From Camelus ferus (taxonomy: Eukaryota), in contig NC_045697.1 in NCBI RefSeq assembly GCF_009834535.1, positions 116,190,001 through 116,254,000 of the forward strand: a stretch of DNA of 64,000 nucleotides, in the 5' to 3' direction. A program made the translations under genes and the position numbers. The notes under the pieces are model-generated. The model ran no database searches. It saw nothing but the letters and a program-made list of their open reading frames with translations, and was not told the DNA's origin. Every line of letters starts with the position of its first letter. Position 1 is the stretch's first letter. Shown one piece after another: positions 24,920 to 38,379 of the stretch.

Positions 24920-25206
24920 TAATCATAAATGTGATATTCTTTTCACATGTATGTAGTGGAATATTATTCAGCCTTTAAAAAGTAGGAAATCTTGTCATAT
25001 GCAACAATGTGGGTGAACTGGAGGGCTTTATGCTAAGTGAAATGAGCCAGAGAAAGATAAAAACAGCTCGTGCTGTGTTTTACAGGTAGAAACAAAGTAG
25101 TAAAGTGGCTGCCAGGGGCTGGGGTGGGGGAGGTAGGGGGAGGTCGGTAAAAGGTACAACCTTTCAGTTAGAAGACGGACAAAGTCTGAGGATGTGCGGC
25201 ACTGTA

Positions 25207-25706
25207 CTGCCATTCTCAGTCTCCCTGGGGCAGTGGTTCTGGGACCCCATGGATGCCAAACCCAAGGATGCGCAAGTCCCTTACATAAAATGCTGCAGGA
25301 CGGCTGAGCCTGCATGGGTTTCAGCTGCACGGGTCCACCCACCCCAGGATTTCTTCACTGAACACGGACTGCAGGACCACACACTCTGAGACTGGTGGAA
25401 CCGCCAATGTGGAAGGTGTGGGTTGGTTGTAAAGTCACACGGGGGTTTTCACCTTCCGGAAGAGGGGGGTGCCCCTACACCCCACGTCGTCCAGTGGTCA
25501 GACGTATTTGCATATAACCTAAGCACATCCTCCAGACTTTACATCATCTCTAGACTACTTGACTGTCTAATAAAATGTTAACACTATGAGAATAGCCACC
25601 ACCACTTGGCAAACTCCAGTTTTGCTTTTTAGAACTTTCTGCAATTTTTTCTCCTGAATATTTTCAAGCCTCATCTGCAAAACCTGCGGATATAGAGGGT
25701 CGACTA
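25207..25706 (+). mobile_element. MER2-like Tigger (TcMar) non-autonomous DNA transposon with TA TSD
   Basis: ggttctgggaccccatggatgccaaacccaaggatgcgcaagtcccttacataaaatg ... tatttgcatataacctaagcacatcctcc ... cggatatagagggtcgacta; TA at 25205-25206 and 25707-25708. Confidence 0.8.
25301..25504 (+). mobile_element. MER8/Tigger2-derived element nested in MER2
   Basis: gggtttcagctgcacgggtccac ... gcccctacaccccacgtcgtccagtggtcagacg resembles Tigger2-family terminal repeats; it interrupts MER2 at its tagTAtttgcatataacc site. Confidence 0.7.
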
Positions 25707-27967
25707 TATTAGATAGCTGAAATTTGTTACGAGTAGAATTTAAATATTCTAAACACCACCACCAAAAACGGTAGTAAGTCTGTGAGATGATGGATGTGTT
25801 AACTTGGTTGGAAAGTCCTTTCACAGTGTGTATGTACATTAAATCACCACACCATACACTAAATAGCTTATAATTTTATACGCCAACTGTACCTCAATAA
25901 TGCTGAAAAAAGTTTTGAAGATAAAAAAATGAATTCTGGAAACTGAAAATAATAAGGACTTTACATTTTGAATGCTCTCTTCATTTTTACCAAACTACCA
26001 TCATTCTGTATTTGCATTGTTCTATCGACATAAACAACCATTACCCCCCCAAAGTAAAGTTAGCTCCCACAAGTGACCACAGCTAATTCACCATCACGAT
26101 AAAGTGCTTATTCAACATCCAGTGTTTACACTTCACGATGAAATCGTGTCTCATGATTAACTCTCATTATATGGAGAATAGAGTTACTGGGGTTTTGGGG
26201 GGAAGGAAACTCCACCACAGTTTTAGAAATCTGTAAAATAGGTACAATGATCACTTAACACACAAAATTAACTGAGCAGAAAAGACCTTTTTGCCAGCAC
26301 TGAAAAATAACAGACATTTGCTTCGAGCACTCCCATCTTCTAGCAGGAATAAATGTTGAGTAGTTAACTTTTTTGGAATAACATGGTACAAATTTTCTTT
26401 AATTAAAAAAAAAAAAGAATTATTTGACACAGCTCAGCAGGTGGTGCACAGACCAGGAGAAATGCCTATTTGAGGAGGTCCCTGGGAGTTAAGAGGCGGC
26501 AGGTAAGAAAAAGATGATCATAGTTAGAGTCCACTGCCTACACGCTGACATTTCACCCACTTCTTCCCTCGCTGAGGGGCCAGATGAGACAGAGCACCAC
26601 CAGGAGTAACAGAAGTGCCTCCTGACGTGTGCACTCTGACACGCCACGCAGGCCAGCCCAGCCCCAGCGTGGTCTCCGACCCTGCGGGGCTAAGGGAGAG
26701 GACACCCGCAAGGCGCTCAGGGGCTCCTGTGAGGGCTGGAGGCGTGATGTGCAGGGGTGAGTGGGGCTTTCGTAGGTTCTGGTCCAGGTTTGTTCATGTA
26801 TGCAAACAAACTGAACTCTAAGTGCAAAGATTTAAGAATATGCTTCCCTGGAAGTTGAAAATTATTTTCTTGTAACAATTATGATAGTTATCATAAATTT
26901 TTTTCAATATATATAGAGACCTAGATTTTTAATAAACATTTAAAAATTTGTTAAGAGCATAAAAATAAGCTGGATGGAAGGTTTACAGCTGTTAACATGC
27001 TGTTCTGAGGGTTTTTCGCTCCAGGATTTTCTGATGCATGCTTTAAATGATGAAAGTTTAGAACGTATCTGCGAGATAATCTAAATTACTCTAGCTCTCA
27101 AAAAACAAGTCTTAAATGCCTCTATGAAGCAACCCTTAGATTCCTGAATGAGATCGCCATTCCTGATTTATTCAAACCTAACCACAAATTTAATATGTAT
27201 CAAGATAAGATTATGTAGCGCTATGATTAACAAACTATCAGAACTGCCACCCCAATCTAAAGTATTTCTTTCAATTCAAAGAACACTTTTGCGGGAAGAG
27301 AAACTACAAGGGAGCTACAAGTTATGTCTCATACAAACTTCTGAAAATACAATTTAACTATTTTAAAAGAAAATTACTTCCAGTACAGTTAGGATCTCTT
27401 CTAACCACTTGCTTTCTGAACCCAATATCACAGAAGAAATCGACTACAAAGCTCAATTTTCCTAAAGGACTTTTCAATTCACATTAAGTAACCAATTCCT
27501 GAGAACAATTTTTTTTAATCTCAAAATGTTTAATATACTACACAACAATCCATTTTTTTAAATTATATCCAAGATTTTTAAAAACCATATCCTTGAAAGA
27601 CTGTCCTCATTCAAGTAGCTATTCTGTTTCCTTTCATTTCCTCTTTTCTCATATTATTTGTATATTACCTTTCATCAAAAGCGTCTGTGTATTCAAAACC
27701 TATAGCTTTAAAGAACTTTAACTTCTAATTAGTCCCAAATACGTGATCACAAGGAATTAGCAGAAGACTGAAAATACAGCATAGGGCAAATTAGAGCAGA
27801 AATTGTTGCAGTATTTTTACCATTTAAACTTCAATATGGATAAGTAATACCCACTCGAGTATGAACTCCTGCCTTTCACTCAAAACGTTTTATTGTGAAA
27901 GAGAAAAAGGTGACTTACAGGCTTAGACAGAGAGAGCACGCTTTCAAGCTCACTTACACCAAGTCCA

Positions 27968-28071
27968 GGGGGCGTGCATAGCTCAAGTGGTAGAGCACGC
28001 GCTCAGCACGTGAGAGGTCCTGGGTTTGATCCCCAGTACCTACATTTAAAAATAAATAAAAATTTTTAAAA
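27968..28071 (+). mobile_element. tRNA-derived SINE (camelid Vic-1 type), short form
   Basis: A-box tagctcaagtggtagagc, B-box gggtttgatccc, AT-rich tail; degenerate TSD accaagtcca / atcgagtcca. Confidence 0.88.
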
Positions 28072-28282
28072 GATCGAGTCCACTTCCTTCTGGAGTCATT
28101 GCTTTAAAGCACAAAACAGCAGATGCCCATCCATATAGCTTGTTGCACATAGAAAAGGGTAAGTTACATGCCGTATTAAGGATATACACCTCATGCGTGT
28201 GCTACTGAGATAAATGAACACCTTCTAGCCATAGTCCCAACACTGCAGGGCACCCCTGTGTTACTGGGGGAGGAGGGTGCTT

Positions 28283-28445
28283 TAAAATCAGAAGAGATGG
28301 GTTTGAGGCTCAGTTTTACCATTTCCTGGCTGTGTGACCTGGGTAAACTCCTCAACTCTCCACATCTGTTAAATAAGGACAAAAAGCAGATTCTTCATTG
28401 GGTTTGAGAGAAGACTAAATCTGCCTAAATAATTAGCTATTGCTA
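28283..28445 (+). mobile_element. MIR SINE
   Basis: ggctgtgtgacctgggtaaactcctcaactctcc...catctgttaaataagg. Confidence 0.7.
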
Positions 28446-29589
28446 ACATTTCACGCAGATGCATGACTACCAGAAATTGACAGGAAATAACACGGGAGAA
28501 TCCATCAGTAAAGGGTACGTGTCATGGAATAAACACCAGTTTAACGTGAGCACAGACAGACACATGTCATCTACAGTTTATCTGACACAAAAGACTTTTT
28601 AAAGTCTTTGCCCAACTAGAACACGAATGTAATGTCAGCCAAACGTAGTTTCTTCATGGAAAAAAAAAACCCTTTTAAATGAAAAAGGAATGTAAGTGTG
28701 TAATTATTGTGAGTCCAATGCGTCCTCTCATACTTAGGTGTTAGAAGAGCTTCTCCTTCCTTGCAGATTAATAAAAGTTTGGTTAGAGGGAGATCAATAA
28801 ATAATACCTGGTAAAATTGTCTCACACTTTCCCACAGGAGCATTCCCTGGTGACCTGACAACAATAGAGTTCATTCCTCCTAAATTAAGAAAAAGGAAGC
28901 AGCTGCTCCCGTCCCCCCAGGACTGGGCTGCTGCCACACGAGTTGAGATCACTGTGGTGCACTCACTTCCACACTTCCAGTGAAGAGTCCAGGTTGCGAA
29001 ATTCTTATATTCTGCTAATTTTTTCTCAAGGAGCAAAATTATTCAAGCCATGAGAAAGTACTAAACAAGAGAACAAAATAAACCATGGAAGGTGGTGAAT
29101 GGGTTGATAAATCATTAAGTTGTTCCAGCATGACCCAGCCAGGGTACACATATCCTTTTTAAATAACAGATCATTAAAAAATTCTCAGACTAGGAACTAT
29201 AATGCCTCTAACTTAATTTGCCATAAGATATACATGAAGAATCGTGCAGTGGTCACGCTGGATTCTGCAATCTCCGTTTTAACAGACCTTTGGACAGTAA
29301 GAACACCAGTGAGCCTGGCTTTCTTGGAGATCTCCATCCGTTGACCCCGTTACGAGTCCTAAAGTCAAAAGGAAAGAATTCTCCCCACACAGATTCGGGC
29401 AACAAATTTTTCCTTAAGAGAATAAATAACGTCACCTGGCCACTTTTGCCAGACAGTGGAATCTGAATTTATGAATTCTGGTTTGTGAAATGGAAGGAGG
29501 GTGGTGCAAACAGCTGCAATGATCCCAAAAGAGAAAGGCTGAAGGAGATACTGCAAACAGGCACTGCAAACGACAGGGGTGGCCGAGGG

Positions 29590-29815
29590 CAACAATCCAG
29601 AGGAAAGGTTCCAGCATCGGGACCTAGCTTCGGTCCTGACTTCGCTAGTCACTGCTGTGAGATGCCGGGCGAGTTACGTAACAACTCAAGCTATTACCAT
29701 GCTTCAGCTCCACCATACGTAAACGGAAGCCGATACCTACTTTCCAGGGCTGCCGTGAAGACCAAGGAAGTTACAAAAAGCACTTACACATTGGCTAGTG
29801 TACAGCCATTGCCAC
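29590..29815 (+). mobile_element. MIR SINE
   Basis: gacctagcttcggtcctgacttcgctagtcactgctgtgagatgccgggcgagttac ... cctactttccagggctgccgtgaagacca. Confidence 0.6.
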
Positions 29816-31599
29816 TATTTCAAATTTAAGGGGGAAAAAAAAGATTAGCCAGGCTCCACCATGCCAATTAAGACTGAAACCTTCCAGCCAGGTAGCCAAT
29901 GACAATTCTGGTTCCTTCAAGATCCCAAGTCCAATTTAGCAAATACTGCTGGTAAAATTTGATCGTTCTCAGTAAGATTAAAATTATACAAAATGAGCAC
30001 ACTGAAAAGACTTAGTCTTGTGTGCGTCTCAAGACACTTTGGATGTTCATCTGAATGACTGCACGTTTTTTTTTTGGCCACCACCAAGGATTGCCATTGG
30101 TACTTAACTTTTTCCTCTCCACAAGGACAAGGACATTGGCACAAAATGCCTAATAAGGAACTCTGTGAATGACAAGTGTCCTCTACTTAAAAGAAGAGAA
30201 ATTTAAGTAGGAAACTGTTGGATACGTCTGATGACCTTTGGAGGGCTTCCCATAAAGGTGGTTTAGGTGCCGCCCTCCCGGAAGACTGAAGATTAACTAG
30301 ACAGTCTCCCAGGCTCAGGGCACAAGACAGAAAACCAAAGGACAGTTACACGCTTTCCTTTGCTTCTTGTCCAAGTATAGCCTGTATCTGTGTCTATATT
30401 TGCACCTAGGTAATAATGTTTTGCCAGACGAGGAGAACAATGAAGGCTAAAACAGCCCGGAACTGCAGCCCCTAGAATGTGCTGGTAGGTGGGGAGCCAA
30501 GGAAGCTGGGAGTAAACAGGAACCTTCTCTCTGCCCACTTCTGGCAAAAATGCAACACTCTCTTAAGAATAAAAACCATTAAGACTTTTTAGCTTATATC
30601 TATCTCCCTTAAGAAAAAACATATTATCAACTTTCAGTGTAACTCCGAAATGCTACAGGTAAACAAAGAAGGGGGACAAGCGTCTGGGAGAATCAGCTTT
30701 TCAAACAGAACGGCCTCAGGCACCACTGCTGCTTCCACCACAGAATTTCATGACGCCTCGCTGTTGCTGCCTCTGCCTTGTGCCATGCCCTGACTCCCCC
30801 AGACCCCCGGCTCCCTGCCCCACCTGCTCACCACTGCCACTGCCATCAGAGGGAAGGAAAGAGGGGACGGCACGGCTTCAACTGCTCAAGGGACTGTGAC
30901 CAGAAAGGCGACTCGTTTCTTACAGAATGAAACTCCAGCAGCAGATCTACGTGGGGCTCTTTTTAAAATTCCAAATGGAAAAGCTGACACGGTAATGGAC
31001 CAGGAAGGCCACTGCAATACAAAACTTCAGGTCCTCTCTTAAGTTTCCCCTCCATCCTAAAAAAAAATGGGCTTAGTGAAGAATTCCTTTTCACCAATAG
31101 ATTACAGATAACAAGTGAAACAAAACTGGTAACCTGGTTAAACCTGTTCTTCTAAGAAGCCATTCACTCATCCTGGCAAACAGGTAAAGTCAAGTTGAGT
31201 CCAAGGCATAACTCTGAAACCCTAGAAACCACTTGAAAGGGGCACACACAGGCTTACGATTCGCAAACCGGAAAGCGGAGACTGCGATAAGCTCACCATT
31301 TAGCAGTAAAAGGAGCCCCCGCAAGCGCAGGTGCAGACATCAGTGCCCCCTCCCTCCCGCCGCGGTGCTGGTGCGCCCCCCGGGCCAGCACTGGTCCTGC
31401 TGTCACATCGTGCTTTCACTCAGGCTCGCTCAACTACAACCATCAGAGGTCCGTCCAGCCGAGGGCGAAGCTGCTCCTGGGATACAGAGCCTGCCCCTGC
31501 TTACTGACGTCTGCATTCCAGGAAGCTCCGTAAGGAGATTTCTTTTCCTCACCTCCAACCTTGACCAGTCCAGGAGAGTGAACAGCCAAGGAACCAAGC

Positions 31600-31745
31600 T
31601 CCACGCCGAGTGGGGAAACGGGTCCTAATTAACTGACCGTCGGAGCCCCAGGGAGCTTCTCAAACACAGGTGCTGGGCCCCTCTCCAGCTGTGCTAACCA
31701 CAAACTCTGGGGACCCAGGCATCCGCATTTCTCACAAGCAGAACC
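31600..31745. mobile_element. MER5-like hAT-Charlie fragment
   Basis: ggagccccagggagcttctcaaacacaggtgctgggcccctctccag...ctctggggacccaggcatccgcatttctcacaagc. Confidence 0.5.
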
Positions 31746-34700
31746 TGCCCTCCCCTCCATCAAGCAATCCTTGTCATTAGATGAGTTTGGGGACAACAGA
31801 AATAAGGGAACACCGGAAGGACTCACTGGCTTCCTACTGTGTGCACTTGTGTTCCTTGTCAAAAGCACCTAATGCCCACTGTCCCTGCCCATCAGACAGT
31901 GTCAGGTGGCACTATGATGGCGGAGCTGCAGTTTTCCAGGCAGGATATAAAAATCTCAGTTTGTGTTTACAGTAAGTCAGTGTTACTGCTATAGTATACC
32001 GTGCCAGAAATAACCGAAGGTGCCAGAAACCAGCGAAACAGAAAACGTCGGCAGAAGATGTCTTCATGGTCACAGTGAGCTCCCACCTAAACGTCTGGAA
32101 TAAACGTAGGTAAGTACCTGTTGGTCCTTTAGGAAGACAGACATGTAGCGCACTGGAGCACGGTAACCTGCCTGGCTTGGGAATTTGAGGACCTGGATTT
32201 CAATCTCCGCTTTCCCACAAAGAAGCAAATCAACAAACTTCTCTGAGTCTCTGAGTCTCATTTATAAAAGGGGGTAATAATGAATTCAGTCTCACCATTA
32301 TAACTAAGCAAGAAACAGGTCTACCATTAATAAAATAACTAACACATCTGAGCACTTACCTTGTACCTGACACGATTCTAACTATTCTTTTTAATCAATC
32401 AAAAATGCGTACCTTGAATTATTCGTTTATAATTTCTCCTCAGCTCCACCCAGCTCTTCCCAAGATAAAATGAGGCATCATTCAAACTCAAATATTAGAT
32501 TCGACAGCGTGAAAATCATAAAAGCCACCTGCTTGAAAAGGGTCATCTTCAATCCTCAAAGGAGCCAACGAGTAGGTCCTCTCACCAGCTCCTGTTTCAC
32601 AAGTAGGTAAGTTCAGAAAGGGGAAGTGACTTGCTCAAGGCCACACAACTCATAAATGGAGATAATCGAGCACCCTTAACCATCATGATAAATCAGATGT
32701 CTTCAACATAACACACGCAGAATAAATTTTGGTCCTTTCTCCCAACCTCTGCTAATTCAGGGTCCTGGGGGTAAAATCAGGTCTCACGTTTCCAAGTTAG
32801 GTTTACGCGCACCCCTTCCCCGGGACGTGAGATGGAGCAGTTTCCTTAAAGCACCTACCCCCTGCCCTGGTTGTCAAGGACATTCCGGTTCTCTTTTAAG
32901 TCTAGGTTAGCCTAAATTTCAAGTTTAGAATGCTTTCTGCTTGTGCTTACCTACCTTTATTATGAATAACTCTCATTTATATTCATAATGAACACAATCA
33001 CCATTTCAACTGGACTGCACTTCACCAACGTCACACAGACAGAGCAGTGCTAAGCCAAGAGCAAGCACAGCCATCCTGCCTACCTCTTCACATCTGCACA
33101 GCTCGAGAAGACAGCAGTTCTCAACAGGTGAGACTGACGCTACTGACTCCAACAACTGAACTTGGACGATGGCTTCATTTCAGGCTCGCATCTTGGGAAG
33201 AAGTGAGTAGAACCACGAAGGGGAAATTATCAACAAAAAATAATTTGACTTGATATTATAAATTTTTGACTGAAACACGTGCCTCTCTATTTTAAGTAAG
33301 GAGACCTTTCTCAAAGGTTTCAGAGCAAGGAGGTTACAGAGTGACGGTCTTCAAAGTAACTATTTAGCTCACCTACACTTTGTAACAATCACACGACAAG
33401 CAAAATAGTCGCTGTTTTTCAAGACCAGTCACCCTGCTCTCACTTCCCAAGATGAACCAACTTTGAAGCATGAGGATGCATTTACTAATTAAATGACACA
33501 GGTCTGTGAGAGACAGGAGAGTCCCACTCCTCTCTTCCTTGAGAAGGAATCGAGACACACTTGAGAACTGCTACGTCTTCTGCAGTATTGCTCAAACTGA
33601 TACCAGGAGTTTCCCCTCTTCTGAACAGTCAATTCAGGTGGAGAACAACTTAAATATGCTCAGGAATAGTCCTGCCAGAGGAGCAGAAAACATTGCCGTG
33701 CTCCTCCACCCGGAAACTTTCCTCACAAAGACGCCATTATCTTTTCTCCATTAAATGCATTTCTTCGAGAGAGAGAATTATATTATTAAACATTCTCACC
33801 TTTGTTCAAGGCCAAAGAGAAGAAGAAATGCTTAAACATTCAATTTTCTAATCCTCTTAGATCTTGTCAAAACAAGGAAGAGGAAATAAAGAATGTACAA
33901 GAGGCTGATTGTCAATCAAAATGGAAAATTAAAACTGCTCAGCTGGAACTCCACATTGGCTTTAAGTGCCAAGCTTCTCAACTCCACCCCCCCACCCCGC
34001 CACCCTGCACTTTTGGAAAAGTTAAAAATCTCATTGTCTCCCCCACTATGGTTTAAGGCTGTCCCCTATTTCCAATTTGAGAATCACTGTAGCCACATTA
34101 GCTAAATGTTTTCCCATGTTAATTTCTGTGGTTTATGTTATGGAAGTTATAGGATATCTAAATTTCAAATATCCGTTTTTCTTAATAATACTGAGTGTTT
34201 CAACCCTAAAAATTATTGCTTTAAATAAATATGTAAGTGACTAAGCAGCAGTGTGTGCTATATGTTTATAATGGGTTATACTGGTGACTGTAACCATGGC
34301 ACGTGGGCACCCTCATATAGTACTATCAGAACAAAGCACCTGTCTCCACCTCCTTGGTCTAACGTAAAATTCTTCTGAAGTGACGGGAAAGAAATCTGAG
34401 ACTGGAAGCAAACCTATCTGAGATCCTGTGAGAATCGCTGATTCCCTGTGGGTCTTTGATTCCAGATGTGTTTTTTAAGAATGGTTAAATTGAGGCTCTC
34501 TGAATCCTAAAATCTCCCTAGTCAATCACTAACTCAGCTATCTCTGGAGAATCTGCTGTACAAATCACCCGGTACATTAACGTGGCCACACATTAATCGC
34601 TGATCACTTGATCTTTCTCAGATGCTACACGCTGTCACCACTTTCCGAGGCAATCTGAATTAGAAACACAGGAAATAATGGAAGCAAATGAGTGGAATGA

Positions 34701-35780
34701 GAGCTGACATAAGAACGTGACTGTAATGTGATTTCCACACACCAGGAGAATGCAGTCCCTACAGCACAAGGATATCGCTATGAGTGAAAGGACTTGAAAA
34801 GATGGAAACAGACACGTAAGACAGTTCCAGTCAGGCAATAATAAAAGAGGGTCCTTTCCATCTGAGGATGCTCAGGAGTCGTGCAGGGAGGGACACGTCC
34901 CACCTGCCCAGGAAGTGCTCCTGCCACTGCTCCGGGAACTGAGTCCCACTGGCTCTGAAGGACCACCCGCATCACCCGGCTAAGACAAGCTCTCCACGGC
35001 ACTTCCGGGAGACAGGCCAGACCACCGTGCACTTACAGTTAGGCTGCCCTGTGTTTATGGTCACAGAACCATAAAATGCCAGGATCTAACCAACCCCTCA
35101 CTTTAGAAGGAAAATGAAGCCTAAAGAACTTAATCAACTTACTGAACATCAGATTCCTTATCTAGTCGGTCAGTCACGCAAAGGTCCTTACAAGCTACAG
35201 CATTTATGGACTTAGAGGCAGAAACACATTTAAACATTAGACCCAGTCTTCCACCTGCTCACTCACATGCAAACTGAGCTCCCATCACGTCAAGCGCCGA
35301 GACGTGTGCTTCCCAACGTAAGGTTAGCTGATTCGCGGGTTCATGTAAAACAACACAACCACAAATTTTCCCAGTACCCTTTCTTGAACAGCCTACAAGA
35401 ATTATATAAATAATTTACAAGGAATGGACATTTTCCCAAAAAAAAAAAAAAAAAGTGAAGACCTGATTTCAGTAAGTTAAAAAAAAAAAAAATGCAAGGG
35501 CAGAGAAGGAAATGCTATGCAGGCCAGAGAAAATCTAGCCACTCCTGTGCTGATATTCAAAGTCCTCACCTTAGAAAGCCATCAAGAGCTCAGCTAAAGA
35601 GGCAACGAGACTCCCGATCTTTGGTTACACTTCTGAATTATTAAAGCCACCAGTATGGACATCTCCTGTAAGAGTCGTGCTAAATGCACCAACTTTATTC
35701 ATGATTCTGGATCCTCAAAGTAGAAATCACTTAGTAAGTCTGGGTCTTGTATCTTGTTCAGTAAGAATGAGGAACTGTCG

Positions 35781-35952
35781 CAGCGCTCTCAAACTTGACT
35801 GCATGTCAGAATCACCTGGGAGAACTTTTCAGCAGTCAGGCGCCAAGGCCACACTCCAAACCAATTAAATCGGAATCTCTGGTGTGGGACTTCAAGTCGT
35901 TTTTAAAAGTCCCCAGATGTTTCCAATATACAAAAGAAGCAGATGATCACTA
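35781..35952. mobile_element. MER5A-like hAT-Charlie DNA transposon
   Basis: ctctcaaacttgactgcatgtcagaatcacctgggaga ... accaattaaatcggaatctctgg ... ccccagatgtttccaat. Confidence 0.8.
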
Positions 35953-38379
35953 GGGTCAAGCTACTTCCCAAATTCTATATCTAAGTCAACTCGTGTCCAC
36001 TGAACCAGGTAATTTTAATGCTCATAAGGGCTAGTGATTGTAATTTACTGAAAAGCTATAGTGATTCACTCATGTAAAAGTGAGAATAAACTGGCATATA
36101 ACAAGCATTCACTCACTGCCAACCTGAGAGCCAACAATCCGAAATCAGACAGCGAACACAGAAGACAGGCTGAGCCGAGAACACACTTTCGACATACAAC
36201 ACTCCTCTAAAGATTGGCCAGAAACACATGAGTCCAGTGGTAATTTCTTAATTTCCCAAACTTTCTCTTATCAACAAAAATTCTCACGAGACCTCACAAT
36301 GACAAACCAAAGAAACTTCCTCTCGATAATCTCCTACCATGATTGATGGTGAAAATAAAAGTCTTAAAGATGAGATTCTGTACCTTTTTACAAACATGAA
36401 AGCACCCTAGAGTTGGATCTAACTTTTCTCTTCTTTACAAGATTTCCCTGTTAATTCATGTTACTCTGTAATTTGTCCACCATGACCCACCCCGCCAAAA
36501 TAATAAAAACAGCAACAAAAAAATTGAAACCGTGATGTATTTATTCTGATTGATCTTTTCTTAGGCAAGGCCAGAAAAAAAATATAAAATGTCTTCTGTC
36601 ATAATGCTTACTAATCATTAGCCTTAATACCTGTCTTTGCAAAATGAGACACGTTACATTCAGTAAGCGAATTATTTTTAAATGACAGTGCACATAAACT
36701 TTCTGCCATTAGGCAACTAAAAGCCAATTTCTTCCCAACTAGTGAGTCTTAGAAAATACAAATGTATTTTTAATATTAAGCAATTCTTACAAAGTTAGTT
36801 AAGATAAACATACTGCAAAATGTATACGTATGTGTATATATGTCCATACATGGACAGTGTGTTTATGCACATTACAGCAAATACGCATTTTGCACAGCGC
36901 TTTGTAAACCCTAGATCACTTAGTAAACACAAATGAAATAGATTAACTCATTTTGAGATTATCTGGGAACATCAGTCCACCCCATTCCACAGATACCTGA
37001 AGTCTGACAGTCTGATATGAATCATATCATGTTATGAATCACAACAAAAATGAAACGCTTTGAATCGCTGCTTCCTAACCTGCCTCTGCACAACGTTCTG
37101 ATGAATCTTCAGGGACAGAGTCTACGTCAGACTGCGAAGCGCAGTGCCTGGCTCGTGCCAAACAGCCCCAAAAATTCGCTCAATAAAAAAAGGTCAAATT
37201 TTTATTCAACAATACATGAGAAGGGGGTTACAGGGTCAATGAAATGTAAAATAAATCAGACTGCACTGTAACAGTATGGGGGAAAGGACTGGAGGAAACG
37301 CCAGGGTATCTGGACAGCCTGTTCCTGATCCTACTGTGGACTATTCGGGGGGATACAGACACCACACTTACACCGAGCGGAATCTTCTTACCTGAAAAAT
37401 GGAAGGAGATGGAATCATACAACTTCTTAGTTCTTTTTAACACATAAAACTTAAGCGATGTATAAAGTATGTCAGAAAGTCTGGGCAAGTTTACTTTAAT
37501 AAACGGTCACCCTGAGGAAGAGAGGGTAAAAGCGGTCAACATGAGATAAATCTGCACCTGAAATGCTGTAACCCCTCTGCTGCGTTCCGCCCATGCTGCT
37601 TCTTATCACAGCTCTGAAAATACTTGCTAAACCCACAAATACCAGAGATGCTTCGATTTATGACCAATTGGTAATTAAGATAAGAAGCAGAAAGATGGCA
37701 ATAATATTGGGATTATTTCCCTGTTTTTATTATAAAAAATCATATAAATAGTGATGCTTACACTAATGGTAAATTTATTTAAAGGAAAAACACCTGCAAG
37801 GTGTTTACAGCAGTTCACACTGAGCTTGTCTGTGGCTCCCCCTCATCTGTCACAAGATGATCAAAGTCATTCTAGTAACACAGCAAATAACTTCCAAAAC
37901 TAGTTTTCTGAAAGTGTTAAGTCAAATGCTATTACATTGTTGGGAAACTGCCTTCCTCCAGAAATTAAAGTTCTCTATTTTTATTTAGAAAAACATTAAC
38001 AGGCTCTTACAGTTCAGAAATGATGATTAACTGCTCAGCTTAAATATCTCTTCTTCTGAAAAAATACTAATACAGTGGGTGCACAGGCCAATGTGGAAAT
38101 CCATCCATGCATGTGAACTTCCTCTGCATAATAAACTGAACAGCAGAAGAAACTACCCTATAGCTTATAGCTTCCTAAACCCCAGAATGACAGGTGTTCA
38201 AACATGTTTCACTTATGGGGGAAAAAAAAACTATTCTTGAAGAGAGCAAAAAAGATGGGTTAGATTTTCATCCCCAAAGAGTTAACAGTAATCAATATAT
38301 AATAGCTTTAGAGAAGAAAGAGAAAGAGAAGACTTTGGGGGAAATATGTGCCTCACAGCACTGTCTAATCTACTTCTAG

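Larger units (their letters stand above)
24811..25912 (+). mobile_element. L1 (L1MA-like) ORF2 end and 3'UTR, split by MER2/MER8
   Basis: gcagcattattcacaatagccaaggcatggaaacaagctaagtgtc ... tacctcaataatgctgaaaaaag. The L1 motif actgTA|ttagatagctgaaatttg is split at a TA. Confidence 0.85.

Noticed and set aside
27968..28045. tRNA-like sequences (also at 39570, 52751, 56168 and 62241)
   Set aside because: Degenerate stems, A-rich tails and TSDs identify them as tRNA-derived SINEs, not tRNA genes.
28590..28609. 9-bp inverted repeat aaagacttt-tt-aaagtcttt
   Set aside because: Short, AT-rich and expected by chance; too small for a miRNA or snoRNA hairpin.
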